In this document: piece by piece, positions 12,984-24,299 of the stretch | How positions within the stretch are numbered: position 1 is the stretch's first letter | How the letters are laid out: each line of letters begins with the position of its first letter | Assembly (NCBI GenBank): GCA_973851085.1 | Contig: OZ316775.1 | Location: forward strand, 20,894,001-20,958,000 | Origin: Ptychomitrium polyphyllum | Taxonomy: Eukaryota | Length of the DNA: 64,000 nt | Direction: 5' to 3' | Notes under the pieces: generated by a model | What the model saw: the letters and a program-made list of their open reading frames with translations, nothing else | Told to the model about the DNA's origin: nothing | Databases searched by the model: none | Program-made: the position numbers and the translations under genes

Positions 12984-14450
12984 ATGGGGATGGGGAAGAG
13001 CGTGGGGGGGTGTCAGGTGGTGACTCGCGACCTGCGGAGGACGCCGCTGGCGAGGCAGCAGGTGGCGGTGTACAGCACCCGGCGCAGCAGTAATGCGTAC
13101 TACCCGGATTTTGCATACAGGGTGGATGTGAAGCGCAAGTGCTTGCAGGTGCTGTCGGTCGTAGGGCCGTCCAAGTTCGTGGAGGGCGTGCAGGTCGAGA
13201 GTGCGTCGTGCTTCAACAGGCTGCGTGAGGAAGGCGACGCTATCTGCATCGAGGAGTATGGGAAGCGGCTTGGGTTTGTGTACACCAACACGACATCGAC
13301 GTTTTTCACGGCGATTTTCGAGTGCTTGTACGGAGAGGAGGTGAAGTGGGTGAATGAGCTCCCGTTTGACGCCGGCGCGAACGAGCTTGTGATGTCGCTT
13401 GCGCGGCACGCGAGCGAGTGGATCGCGTTTTTCCAACGCAACATCTCGAAGCTGTCGAACAAACCCGGCGCCCACACGCGCCTCTCACTCGTCTTGCAGC
13501 TTGATGTGATCAACTGCGAGTCGTGGTCGGGGCGGATGCCGAAGATGCCGCTCGAGGTGAGGTTCGGGGCTAACTTCGCTAAGCTGAAGACGCAAGGTGC
13601 GGCAAAGAAGCAGAAGGGCGTGCGGTACCGTCTTGACCGGGCCAAATGGGTCGCGGAGTACAATCCTCCGGGAAAGAAGAATAACAAAATTTCCCTCGGC
13701 GAGTACGACAACGAAATCGAAGCCGGACGCGCTGCCGATGCCGGCATGTATTGCTACAGCTCCAAGCGCGCGTCGTATAATTTCGACGACAGCCCCTCGT
13801 TTTTGCAACCGTACGTACAACAAGCACCGAAGCCGGTGAGCGACGACAAGGAGGCGGTTCGAAAATGGGCGAGGGATTTTGCAAAACTCACCACGAAAGG
13901 GTCATTCTCATCCTCATCCTCTAGCTGGAGTGACGCGGCCGCGTCGCCTTCGTGCTTAACATTCTCTAACGACGTTGACATGGCCGTGACCTCGCTGGAG
14001 CGATTCGACATTCCTTCCCCTGCATCCCTGTCGGATATCCCGGACATGCCGCAGTGCTTCCCTAGGGTTTCAAATGCGTTAGAATTCAATCCGTCATTAG
14101 ATTTTGAGTCCGATTCCAGCTCCCCTGTTTCCTTGCAGGTGGTAGATGTCACTGACTATCTCACGAACCGCGACATGTCGGTTATGGAGGATTTCAACCC
14201 GGATTTCAACCCGGGGCTGACACAGATCAATGCGAGTCCGCTGCCTCTGGAGCAGATTGCCTTTTCGGAAGATGGAGTATTTCGCAACGATGGGCTTGAA
14301 TTTTGGAGCTCGGGACCTGCGCCGAATACTTTGACGCGGACAGCTTCGGATAGTCGTGCGGTGTCGGATGAGCTATTTCAATGCTTCATGTCGTGTTACC
14401 CTGCGACATCCCCTGATGTGGAGCGGTGTAGCATTCAGCTCATTAGGTAG
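12984..14450 (+). CDS. Intronless protein (~488 aa) with a divergent AP2/ERF domain, an unassigned N-terminal domain and an acidic/Ser-rich C-terminus
   Basis: QKGVRYR...KWVAEY...KISLGEYDNEIEAGRAAD...YNF (~13611-13785) follows the AP2 pattern YRGVR...KWVAEI...WLGTF...AARAYD...LNF. First in-frame ATG is at 12984; the track's start codon is TTG. Confidence 0.8.
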   Translation: MGMGKSVGGCQVVTRDLRRTPLARQQVAVYSTRRSSNAYYPDFAYRVDVKRKCLQVLSVVGPSKFVEGVQVESASCFNRLREEGDAICIEEYGKRLGFVYTNTTSTFFTAIFECLYGEEVKWVNELPFDAGANELVMSLARHASEWIAFFQRNISKLSNKPGAHTRLSLVLQLDVINCESWSGRMPKMPLEVRFGANFAKLKTQGAAKKQKGVRYRLDRAKWVAEYNPPGKKNNKISLGEYDNEIEAGRAADAGMYCYSSKRASYNFDDSPSFLQPYVQQAPKPVSDDKEAVRKWARDFAKLTTKGSFSSSSSSWSDAAASPSCLTFSNDVDMAVTSLERFDIPSPASLSDIPDMPQCFPRVSNALEFNPSLDFESDSSSPVSLQVVDVTDYLTNRDMSVMEDFNPDFNPGLTQINASPLPLEQIAFSEDGVFRNDGLEFWSSGPAPNTLTRTASDSRAVSDELFQCFMSCYPATSPDVERCSIQLIR

Positions 14451-15812
14451 TGGTGAAGATCGGCGTAACCACGAGAAAGATTATTTTTTTCCGGCGCGGC
14501 CAAAGCTCGATCGCCGTGAATCTGGTGTTGGTCATCTTGTGATGACATACGAGTTTTGTACATATTAGGCAGAGGTTCGAATGAGCGATGCTTTGATTGC
14601 CAGCAGGTCGATCACGCCCCCACTTGAACATACCAATGAATGAAATGTATAGGTCTGGCATCGATCTGAACGTGAATCTGCTGCTTCGAGGATCACCCGT
14701 GGTGTGCGATGTCTGTTTTAGCTGAAGAATATCAGCATGTAAGATGTTCTCGCTTTCAAAAAGCTTAATATTGAGGTTTATGATTTTATTTATTTCTTGG
14801 CTTTTTGGGTTCGCCACTGATTGAGGTTTGAAAGTCCTCAGGAAAAGCGGAAATTCGCGGAAAAGTCAATCGTTCGGAGGAGGTTTCTGAGCAGCACGAG
14901 GTAGTCCAGAAGACTTCAATTCCAGAGCCGTGACCGTCACGTCATGGAAACATACTCTTCATCACACGTTTTTTAAACCTCGCATAGTGTTTGTTTTTAA
15001 TACCGATTTCATCTCACATTTGTCGTGAGTAACTTTGAAGTCTTTTTTAATTTCACTTCGATCCCTCGTGATGGATTAAGTTCTTATAAACTTAGATGTA
15101 TCATCCTATTTCCGTCCTCTAGCAGACGGGCTCAGCGCCTATTGCTAACAATTGATCCCACTTTGGAAGCAAGTCCATTTGTAGGTCTCCTGCTGCTTTG
15201 TAATAGAGCAAGAACTACACGTTTTCACCTTTGTGCTGATGTTTTCAGTTGTAATTACGGTATCATCTCCCATTTCCTGTTTGCCAGCTCTAAGTAAAAA
15301 TGGTGAAAAATCACTAGTGAAGTATAATTAACTTCAATTGCGAGGAATTGAGATTAAGTTGCATCTAGATCCAATTGAAGAGCACGTTGTAGTTCCAATA
15401 TACGTGCTCGGTGTTGTGACAGCAAGTCAACACAGATTCATCCACATGACATGCAATCAGGCTTATTGAGCTTATAATATAGATTTGTTTCTCTTGAACC
15501 TGGTTAGATCTCAAAGACCGAGAGCTTACACATTAATCGTGAAGGACTTTTTCCAATCTATAGAATCATAGACTCTCATTCGAACACGGGTGTTTTGTCC
15601 TCTTCGACGTCTTTCCTTTTGACCTAGTCAGCACTAATAGATACAGTATAACTCAGATATTTACAGAAATAAGTGAGCACACATGAGTCTGTGAACGTAG
15701 TTTTCATTTCCTCTCTATTTCACTGTAACACATTTACAGGATCGCTAACTCTAATTAGCTTTACAAGTCTGCAAGTAACAAGTATGCAATCAAAATACCA
15801 GTTTTTCCCCCT

Positions 15813-17980
15813 TTACTTCGCGTCTTCGTGTATCTCGCCGTTTTCTGTGACCCTCTCCAACGGCTCATCTGGTTTGCTCACGAATTCAGACGCTTGAGGT
15901 TCGACTTTGCGTTTAGCCTCCGGTTTAGGATCTCTTTTGGACTCTGGTTCAAGTTTGACCTCCAGCTCTACTGCAGAACCAGGTTCAGCTCCAGATTCAG
16001 GAACTGGGTCGAGAGCTGGCTCGGGTGTAGGCTGAGGTTCAGGCGCTGTTTCTGGTTCATCGTTGTGGTGCATTTCCCTCTGAACTGACTCTAAGTCGAG
16101 GGCTGTGAGCGCTTCGGGTGCGTTCTCGTCCTCAACGAGATGGATGACCTTCTTGGGTGAGGTTTGTTTACAGACTGATAGAATTTTATCGGCCGACACG
16201 TACCCCGTCACAGTCAATTTGTTATTCATGAAATCCTCGATGATGGATTCCACTCCTATACAAACACACAGATACAAAGTTTCTTTTGTTTATGCACTGA
16301 TCAATTATGTCAGAGTGATGACAAGTCTCAAAAAGACGTAACACCCTGTGATGTGGCAGATAGTTGAACTAAAACAGGAACAATCTGCCCATTGTAATTC
16401 ATGTGGTAAGCAGGGCTACTTTTTTAGACATTGTCAACTTCCAAGACGAATATGTAGAACGTTAAGCATATAAGGATGTACAAATGCAGGTATAGAGCCC
16501 ATACCAGGGACCTTTGAAAGAGCAGCTTTGATATCTCGAACGCACTTTTCGCAGCAAAGATTGTTATATTGCAGCTCCAATGACTGCGATCAACAACAGC
16601 ACCACATGCAAAACGCATTCAAGAGTTACTGAAAGCTCCAAAAAGTTAAAACTTACATCCAATCAAAGAATGGTTTTTAAAATGTAGTTGGTATAAATTT
16701 ATTAAACATTTTCTTTGTACAAGAGCCTATTGTTTCTGGAGTAGTTTGTAATTCTACTGTAAAACATCAAATCAACTTGTATAAGTGAATAAGGTATGCA
16801 ACTATAAGAGCTAACCCATTTATACAAAGCTATGAAAAAGATACCCTTCGACAGCAGGTTGTGCAAGATCGCCAAATACCTGATTCGATGGCATATTTCT
16901 TAAACGCTCTCGGGCTTTGTTGAGAACCTCCTGGAGTTTTCGCGCTTTGGTCCGAAGTTCCTGTGCCTCTTCTTCAGATTTTGCCCTCAAAGCCTTTAGA
17001 TCAGATGCAGCTTTTGCTTGAGCTGCCTCGAAGTCAGCTGCGGCTTTAGCGCGTAGAGCATCCAGTTCTGCTTTGATCTTTGGATTCTCTTCTCGCAACT
17101 TGGCCAGCTCCTCCAGGTCGGCCAGAATCTAATTACAACACGAACTCTGAGTTTGGCGGCCATTGAGCCTTGTAATGAAAGCGTATTGAGAAACAAGAGC
17201 TGTGCAATCACGGAGAATTGAAGAACTCGGCACTTCGGGACCGCCCAGAGTTTGGTGGAGAATCACAGCTGCAATTTAGAAAGAAAAAAATTTCTGCAAA
17301 ACATTGCTGAATGCTGCAAGGAACTAACCTTTGCAATGGCGTCCCGGAGTTTCAGAACATCTGTAGGTTGAGCAGGATCGTGCTCGATCGCCTCGTCAAG
17401 ATCTGCCAAGGAGCCGACGAAGTCACCACCCAAGAATCTGAAGACGCCTCTATCAACGAGTGCCAAGACGTCTCCAGCTTTCAATCTAATCGCCTGATCC
17501 AGATCCTTTAAGCCAACTTCGTAGTCTCCTGCTAGACCCTTAATGCAACCTCGAATCCTGCCACATTCAATACAGGTGTATGTTAACAGTTGACCTAATT
17601 CTAAACTTTGATCCACAGAGAATTTATTCTAGAAATGTGAAAGTTTCGACACATGATCGCTGACTGAAGAAGTCACGCGCAGCTACATCCGAGTAGGTAC
17701 TGAAGCTCATGCTCTAAGCTCCACTCAGGTATCCCACAGCAGAGTTTTTTACGAGCAGGAAAGGAACACATGTTCTCAGAGACTGGTTCAAGGAGGCAAC
17801 GAACCGGTAAGGTAGCTCATTCTGTGGTTCAATTTCAATGGCCTGGTTCATTTCTCCAACACCTTTTCGCCAAAACTCCGTGCGATAATCTGCTTGTTGA
17901 GCATAAATCCCTGCATTGCTGACACTAGGCTGTGATTCCAACTTCTTTGCTAGCTGTCTCTCGAGGTCGCCCATCTCCAT
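15813..17980 (-). CDS. TPR + coiled-coil + HMA (CCEKC) + Pro/Glu-rich tail protein (~391 aa); exons 17980-17805, 17557-17329, 17128-16880, 16583-16505, 16255-15813
   Basis: Four GT-AG introns with matching phases (2,0,0,1). TPR-like repeats (GDYEVGLKDLDQAIRL; GDFVGSLADLDEAIEHDP) and a heptad coiled coil. The HMA domain LELQYNNLCCEKCVRDIKAALSKVPGVESII...KLTVTGYV is split over two exons; its CxxC exon is not in the ORF track. Confidence 0.75.
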
Positions 17981-19783
17981 CTTCACAGCACTGTCATGAA
18001 TTGTTTCCAACCCTTCAATGTCAGACCTCTAGAAATTTTCTCAACAAGAGCTGAAGGTTATACAGTGGATTTGTGGAAGCGGAAAGCCAATATCTGCCCG
18101 CAAATTTACCTGTCCCATGGACTGATGTATTTGAAGAGGTTGACGCCAAATTCCTTCAACTCATCCTCCGAATCTAATTTCACTTCGCGGTCCCTGCGTA
18201 CAAGAGAAATGTTTACATTCATGTGACATCAATACGGAAAATACTACATCAGAAAATACTGAACACAACACTAGAGCAGCTGGTCAGTCGTAGCCTCGTG
18301 AACTGATTTGAGGCCTGAAAGTGAATAGTCATCTGCTTACCCTCCTCTACTGGGCCACTCTCCAAGAAGAAAAAAGTGTCCTAGGTTCCAGCCAAGGATT
18401 ACAGCTGCCATTTGGAATACTGGAAGAAACACCATCCCAATCTTGCCGAGGACCGGCAACCAGAAGGACTTCGGCATAATGGCTACAACGAATGCAAGTG
18501 CAGCTGCCAGGTACAAGCCCGTATGATCTGCCAGACAGTATATCCATCAGAATTAAGAATTCCATCTTCAAGTGAAGACTCCGATTCTTGATACGAAGTA
18601 TTTTCTGTCCCAGCTGAAGGGCAACCACGTTTCAAACTGGAGGGCTGCGCAATTTCAATTACATAGAATGGAACTTCACCTTCGTCTTTAGGTTTCCGGT
18701 TGGAGGAGACCGGGATAAAGTTACTCCGAACAGTCGCGGTCACGCCTTTAAAGTCAACAATTTTGGTGGCATAGAGTAGTGAAGATTTGTTCAGCGTTAC
18801 CAAAGGCGGCCATACTATAAGCGCATCAATCCACCCTGCCTCGTCCTGCACCGATACCCAATTAGGCTTAAACCTATAGCTATAACTTCTGCTAGGGTAG
18901 ATGAGAGGCGAAGGCATCTGCACTACGTTTCTAAGCTCCGAAGTGATCAAATGTGGAATTCTCATCAAATATAACCTCGAGTGAACCGTAGTCTTTGTCA
19001 GTAAATTCTTCGATTCGGAGTACTATATGAATACCTTAAGAAGGGTTTTGCTTCTGAGTATCGCGCTATATTCGCCCATCCCTGCCCTCATCTGTACTCC
19101 TCGAAGAAAAAGCCCCTCCACCCTCATATCCTGGTCTGCTCCAGGACAACGCTTCCAGAACTTAGTATCTAAGCGGTTACATTCTTCACAAAAGAGAACA
19201 CACAAGCGAGGCTTACCCTTCTAACAGCCCTCTCTAGGCCAAGTTGTCCAAGGAGAGACGCAACGTTGAGTATGCTGATCAATTTGGAAATGACCACACT
19301 ACATCCTTGGCGCAGATGAGAGCGTTAAGAATTTCAAATTGAGTGCTGCCTCAAGAACTCTCTGAAAATCAATACGGAGATTGAAAGCTGGACTTGACTA
19401 GGTATTCAGCGAGTATCGCACATAAATCACGCCTTAACGCAATGCACGAGGGTCGCAGATAATACTCGATTTCGCACTGGAAATCAGCCACTAAGAGACC
19501 TGATATAATGAATCTCTCTCCATCTACACTCTGACTCATGACTAGCCTGCACACAGAACTAAAGAAGAATCTGCAGTGCGATCTGAGATGCTCGGACCAG
19601 TGAACAGAAATCAATTGTACCTTCTTCACGGAATGAGTCGAGCAGAACAGGCGCATCGCCGTCATGGAGCCGGAGGAGCTTCACCTCACCCTCTGCATCG
19701 CGAAGCATACAACAAGAATCACATTATAGAACTCGAAAAACGGCACTAATCGCCAGTTGGTTATATTGAGCTGCTCATGATCA

Positions 19784-20437
19784 TTAAGACAGAAGGGCTA
19801 CGGAATTGTCATGAGAATCACCAGACTGCATTATAACGCCCCAGCTCCCCAGCTGCAGAGTGGCCTGTGGATCGAGGGCGATGGCGCGGCGAGCCACTTC
19901 GAATGCTTGGCTTAAGAGGGTGGACGTGACGGGAAGACGAGCTTGCAAGAGCACCGACCCCTCGGTAATCTGGTGCACGTGCTCCTTCTGACCCATGGTT
20001 CGCATCTTGCGCCGCAATCTCGAAACCTCCTTCGGCTCCACATAGGTCCCGATTGTCAGAGTGCCTGTGATCCACTCCGACGTCCTCCTTCGCCCATCCT
20101 TCAAACGCGACGCGGTGCGTTGCAAGAGCACGTCCTCCCCTGCTTTAGAGATACTTTCTGAGTTTTGCGGCTTCGAAGTCCACAAGGTGTCGTGCAGATT
20201 CGTCAGAAACGATTTCGCATTCTTCAAATCCTCGAGAAGTACGAACTCCTTCCGATTCGAGCGGTTGGGCGACACCCATGGCTTTACGCGCGCCCACACG
20301 TAGGCACATAGCAAGCCCATCAGAACTGCGACCGGGAATGAGGGGCCCCATGACCCGGCGCTGTGGAACAACACCCATCCCGTGTTCTTACTGCGCACAT
20401 AGTCCGACCACGAGAACAATATCGGCAGGAACCACAT
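19784..20437 (-). CDS. Unknown protein with an N-terminal hydrophobic segment; possibly the first exon of a longer, partly decayed gene
   Basis: ~217-codon ORF from ATG 20437 (MWFLPILF...) with TM-like PVAVLMGLLCAYVW. A possible phase-1 splice leads to a short exon near 19692-19621 (EGEVKLLRLHDGDAPVLLDSFREE), after which the frames I tried hit stops. Confidence 0.4.
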   Translation of the reverse strand: MWFLPILFSWSDYVRSKNTGWVLFHSAGSWGPSFPVAVLMGLLCAYVWARVKPWVSPNRSNRKEFVLLEDLKNAKSFLTNLHDTLWTSKPQNSESISKAGEDVLLQRTASRLKDGRRRTSEWITGTLTIGTYVEPKEVSRLRRKMRTMGQKEHVHQITEGSVLLQARLPVTSTLLSQAFEVARRAIALDPQATLQLGSWGVIMQSGDSHDNSVALLS

Positions 20438-23400
20438 CTTCCTCACTCCCAAATCGCAGAAACTCGCATGTGTGTGGCGCTTGTTGTCCGCTTCCGAGCT
20501 CGGTCACAAATCCCCTGCCACCCAATCGAAATTCCCGTCCACCTCTATAGCTCACATGGTGCGTTTCCAACAAATCAATAGTAGATCGATCGATCCTTCT
20601 CGTTGTCGCGACATTCACAGCGACTCACGAGATTGCAATAAGAGACACTTCCATCGCATAACCAAACCTATAAATCCAAAGTTATAGGTAATGGAGTTGC
20701 CGGCCGGTAATGGAGTTTGCCACCGAATTGGCAATTGGCAGTTCTCACGACCAACACTTAGTTTACTGTAAAGCTAGCTGCAGCCTTAATGAGAAGATTC
20801 GAGCCTACTAATCGATCACCATCAGTATTTAAAAACAATCGCTCCATAGCCATCAAAGCTTAGGTTTGGTCGTCTTGTTCGGCCTGCTGGCCGGCCGACC
20901 TGTGATATATATGGCGTGACCTTATAGTTTCAGACTCTCTTCTGTTCGCGGTAGCTGTACCTCTACTTCGTGGGCTCAATCTATATGGATTACTGTGCCG
21001 GTCATGATCTGAAACACTAGACTCTGTAGGATTCTCACCGTCTGGCAAAATTGCGGAATTTTCAGTTGAATCTTGTTCTCTAAAGGATCACTGTAGCTGG
21101 TCTGACGACAACAAACGAGGAGCAATCGATCAGGAGGCAGCTGAATTAGGAAGTAGTGATTCAATCGCTCACAAATTACCTGGAGCATGAAGCATGGAGC
21201 GAATTAGCAGAAACTATCCAGATGGCCAGGTGGATCTTTTCACACCCAGGCTAGTACGTCGTCACACGAGCTCCTCAAGGCTTATCTCTTCACAAAACTA
21301 CTAATGTTACGCGCCACAGAAAAGTGATGACTTCCAGGCTTCAGGAATCTCCCCGAAAGTTGAAACGCCTCCCTCGCGCTTGCTCGCCAGATTTATGCTG
21401 CCACTGCAAGGACTGCAAACACATGCAACGAGGCTGGTGATGGAAAATTGAATGCGTGCGGACATTTCCTGTGACACCTCGTAATTCTGGGAGCATACAA
21501 CCACAGTCCATGAATTTGGCGCTCTGCAGAGGAGTGGAAACAAGGACGGTGACTGCAAGGGCCTCGGCGGTTGAACAAGTCTGGTGATTCATTAAAGATC
21601 CATGGCCCGGTGGCAAGGAAGGAAAGAATCAGTCAGCCTGAATCAGAGACAGGACCCCTAGACTCGGTTGCTAGGCTTGTTGCGGAAAGGTCGTCCGTGC
21701 AACAGACGCGGCCCCACTTGACATCAGTCCAGGTTTACCACGGTGTGTAATATGGATGTAGCGGTGTAATTTGCTGTATTCTACACACACACCTCGGATT
21801 CGCCTCAGACTCCACCGATTCACAAAGTCAACAACTGTGCATTCTCGAGCTCTGCATCGTCAGCTCCAGAACCATTAACTCCTTCGCATTCATCAGAATC
21901 CATCAACAATCGTGATGAATTCAACCGCGGTGCACTGCATTCAGCTCAAGACTGTTTGAAGCTGATATTGGATCGGAACGGTTAATGAAGGTTGATGTTG
22001 CTTTCTGGATGATACAGTTGAAGTGGGTGAAGTTACTGTTCCATTGGTCGATACATAAGGTGGTGAGATAAGGTGATACATGGGAGGTTTTGCGTCGGAG
22101 TTGGGATGGAAGGAGAAGCAGATCATGAGTTTGCAGGTGTGAATTTGAACTCGGGGTCCCGCAGGTACTGGTTGGCCGGTGCCGCCTGGGCCAACCATGG
22201 AAGCGAAGGGGAGGGATGCTGAAATGGTCAATGTCTACAACAACGGCCATGCTCTGCAAGTCCTCAGTGGCACATGATTGATGTCCAAATGGTAGGTAGT
22301 ATGGCTGCATGGTATCGCTCCAGGCTTTTCGACTACTCCAGTGCACTCGGCAGAACAGGTCCTGAGACTCATGGCCGGGTACTCCTTTCGAAACCGTTTT
22401 ATCTATTTTGTTTTCCAAGGCATTTTAGTGCCAGATAAGGTGAAGGCAGAGTCCACAGTTTCAGTAACCTTTAGACTCAGCTCAAGAGACCACTAATTCA
22501 TCGTCTTACACCTTCATTTGTGAATTGTGTCTGTTGTGATAGTTCCAATCTTCTGGACAAGTAAAGTGCCTTGGGTTTAGCGTTTATATTAATAAGATTA
22601 GAATAAGCATTTTGATAACATCGAAAGAGTTAATGTAAGCTGGGACGAGGATCTGATGCAATAACTTAAGCTACTTTGTTCTCAAATGATGCTGTTGAAC
22701 GCTTCTCACGCCGGTAACTAAACTGAACATCGGAGATTGAGAATTAGGTTTGGGGATCTTTTCGGTTGTGTTTCCTACACGACTCACCTTGATTCCCCGA
22801 AACTGTCCCTTAAATTTTGTTCATTGTCATGCTAGTGACTCACTGCATTGTCCCCTTCAGCATGCAGTTGCCGATGATCGGGAGCCTCGGTGGCCATCAA
22901 ACCCCACCAACGCCACAACAGCTGGATGTTTGGGGTTGGACGCAGTTTCAGACGGTTTTTCAGCTTTTAAACTTCCCTAGATCAGACCTACTCGGGCAAC
23001 TTGATCATGGTATCCACGTTATTCACCAACATTTATTAGGGGAAGAATCTGCTGCTACTAACACAATTTACATCAAGAATGTAAAACGTGATGAGAATCC
23101 TAAACAATTGGATAGTACGTAGAGACACAGCAGAGACCCTGAATTCAGATCGTGAAATCAAATAAATGTTGTGCGTAACTATCATAACATTCAAAGGTAT
23201 AGTCACGACATAGAGCCACGAGATAATAGCATACGATTTTTTATCAAAGAATTTTGATAGAATTCTGTCTTGACTCTTCACAGGTTTCAATATGATTAGT
23301 GTACCAGTTATTGTTGGTATGAAAACGCATAGTGCAGAGTGCCGGAGTGAGTTGCTTAGTAAGTTGTGTACAACAATCACTTTTCTGTGAAAGCAGGTCG

Positions 23401-24299
23401 CAGAAAACTGAGAAAATCTTAAGTAGGTGAGAAGAAAGTTCTGTTGTACATGCTGGTATACTACAGTGATAGAGGTTGAGTAACATCTAGACCCAGCATG
23501 TACAACGACACAGGAACAATTACCACAACATTCTCTTTCATGGTTGGTGGAAGAGCAAACAAAAGAGCTTGTGAGACATACATCATTTCTCTTCATATCT
23601 ACTTAAAGATAGACTCCTACCTTCATCATTCTCAATTCAAATCCATGGCCATCAAAAACTCAAAACTTCTAAAGGTGATTGCCATCAAAGTGTTTACTGA
23701 GAAAATAAAATTTCAACCAGATGTTATTCACCATGTCATCTCGCACTTCTCTCTACTGATTTGCCAGTGTCAACGACAGGTCCATAGATCTAAACACACT
23801 TTGCAGCAGACAAATTCCAGACTTCAATTTCAGTGAATTTTCAAGCAACATTGAAAGCCAAGCATCTTAACTACAATAGTCGGTACACCAAAAAACATGC
23901 AAGTATGAAGGTTGATTCTCCCTGTCCCTTTCCATTGCTTGCTCCTCTGTTTCGCGCAAGATGCAGGAACTGGTCTGTTTCATATGGACTTCACGTAATA
24001 CATATATGGATAGGCCCATTGTGTGGGTCCTGTCAGCCAAATTCTTCATGGCTGCGGACTTCCTGGATAACAATAAATTCAAATCTCTCCAAAACTGCAG
24101 TTTAAGAACTGAAACGCAATTGCTATTTCGTCATTGGCAAGAGCCCCATCAGCCGCATGATTGAAGAAAATGCAGCCTAACATAAATCGCTCTTCAGGAA
24201 TTTGGAGAGAAACGGTCTGAGTTGGCCATCGTGAATGGAAAACCTTTGTCTGCCGATCATGATTTTGGTCGTGCGTATGAAAACACCGCACAAAAGCAT

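Noticed and set aside
20860..23900. Several 60-186 aa ORFs
   Set aside because: Mostly non-ATG starts, no motifs and no splice-consistent model.
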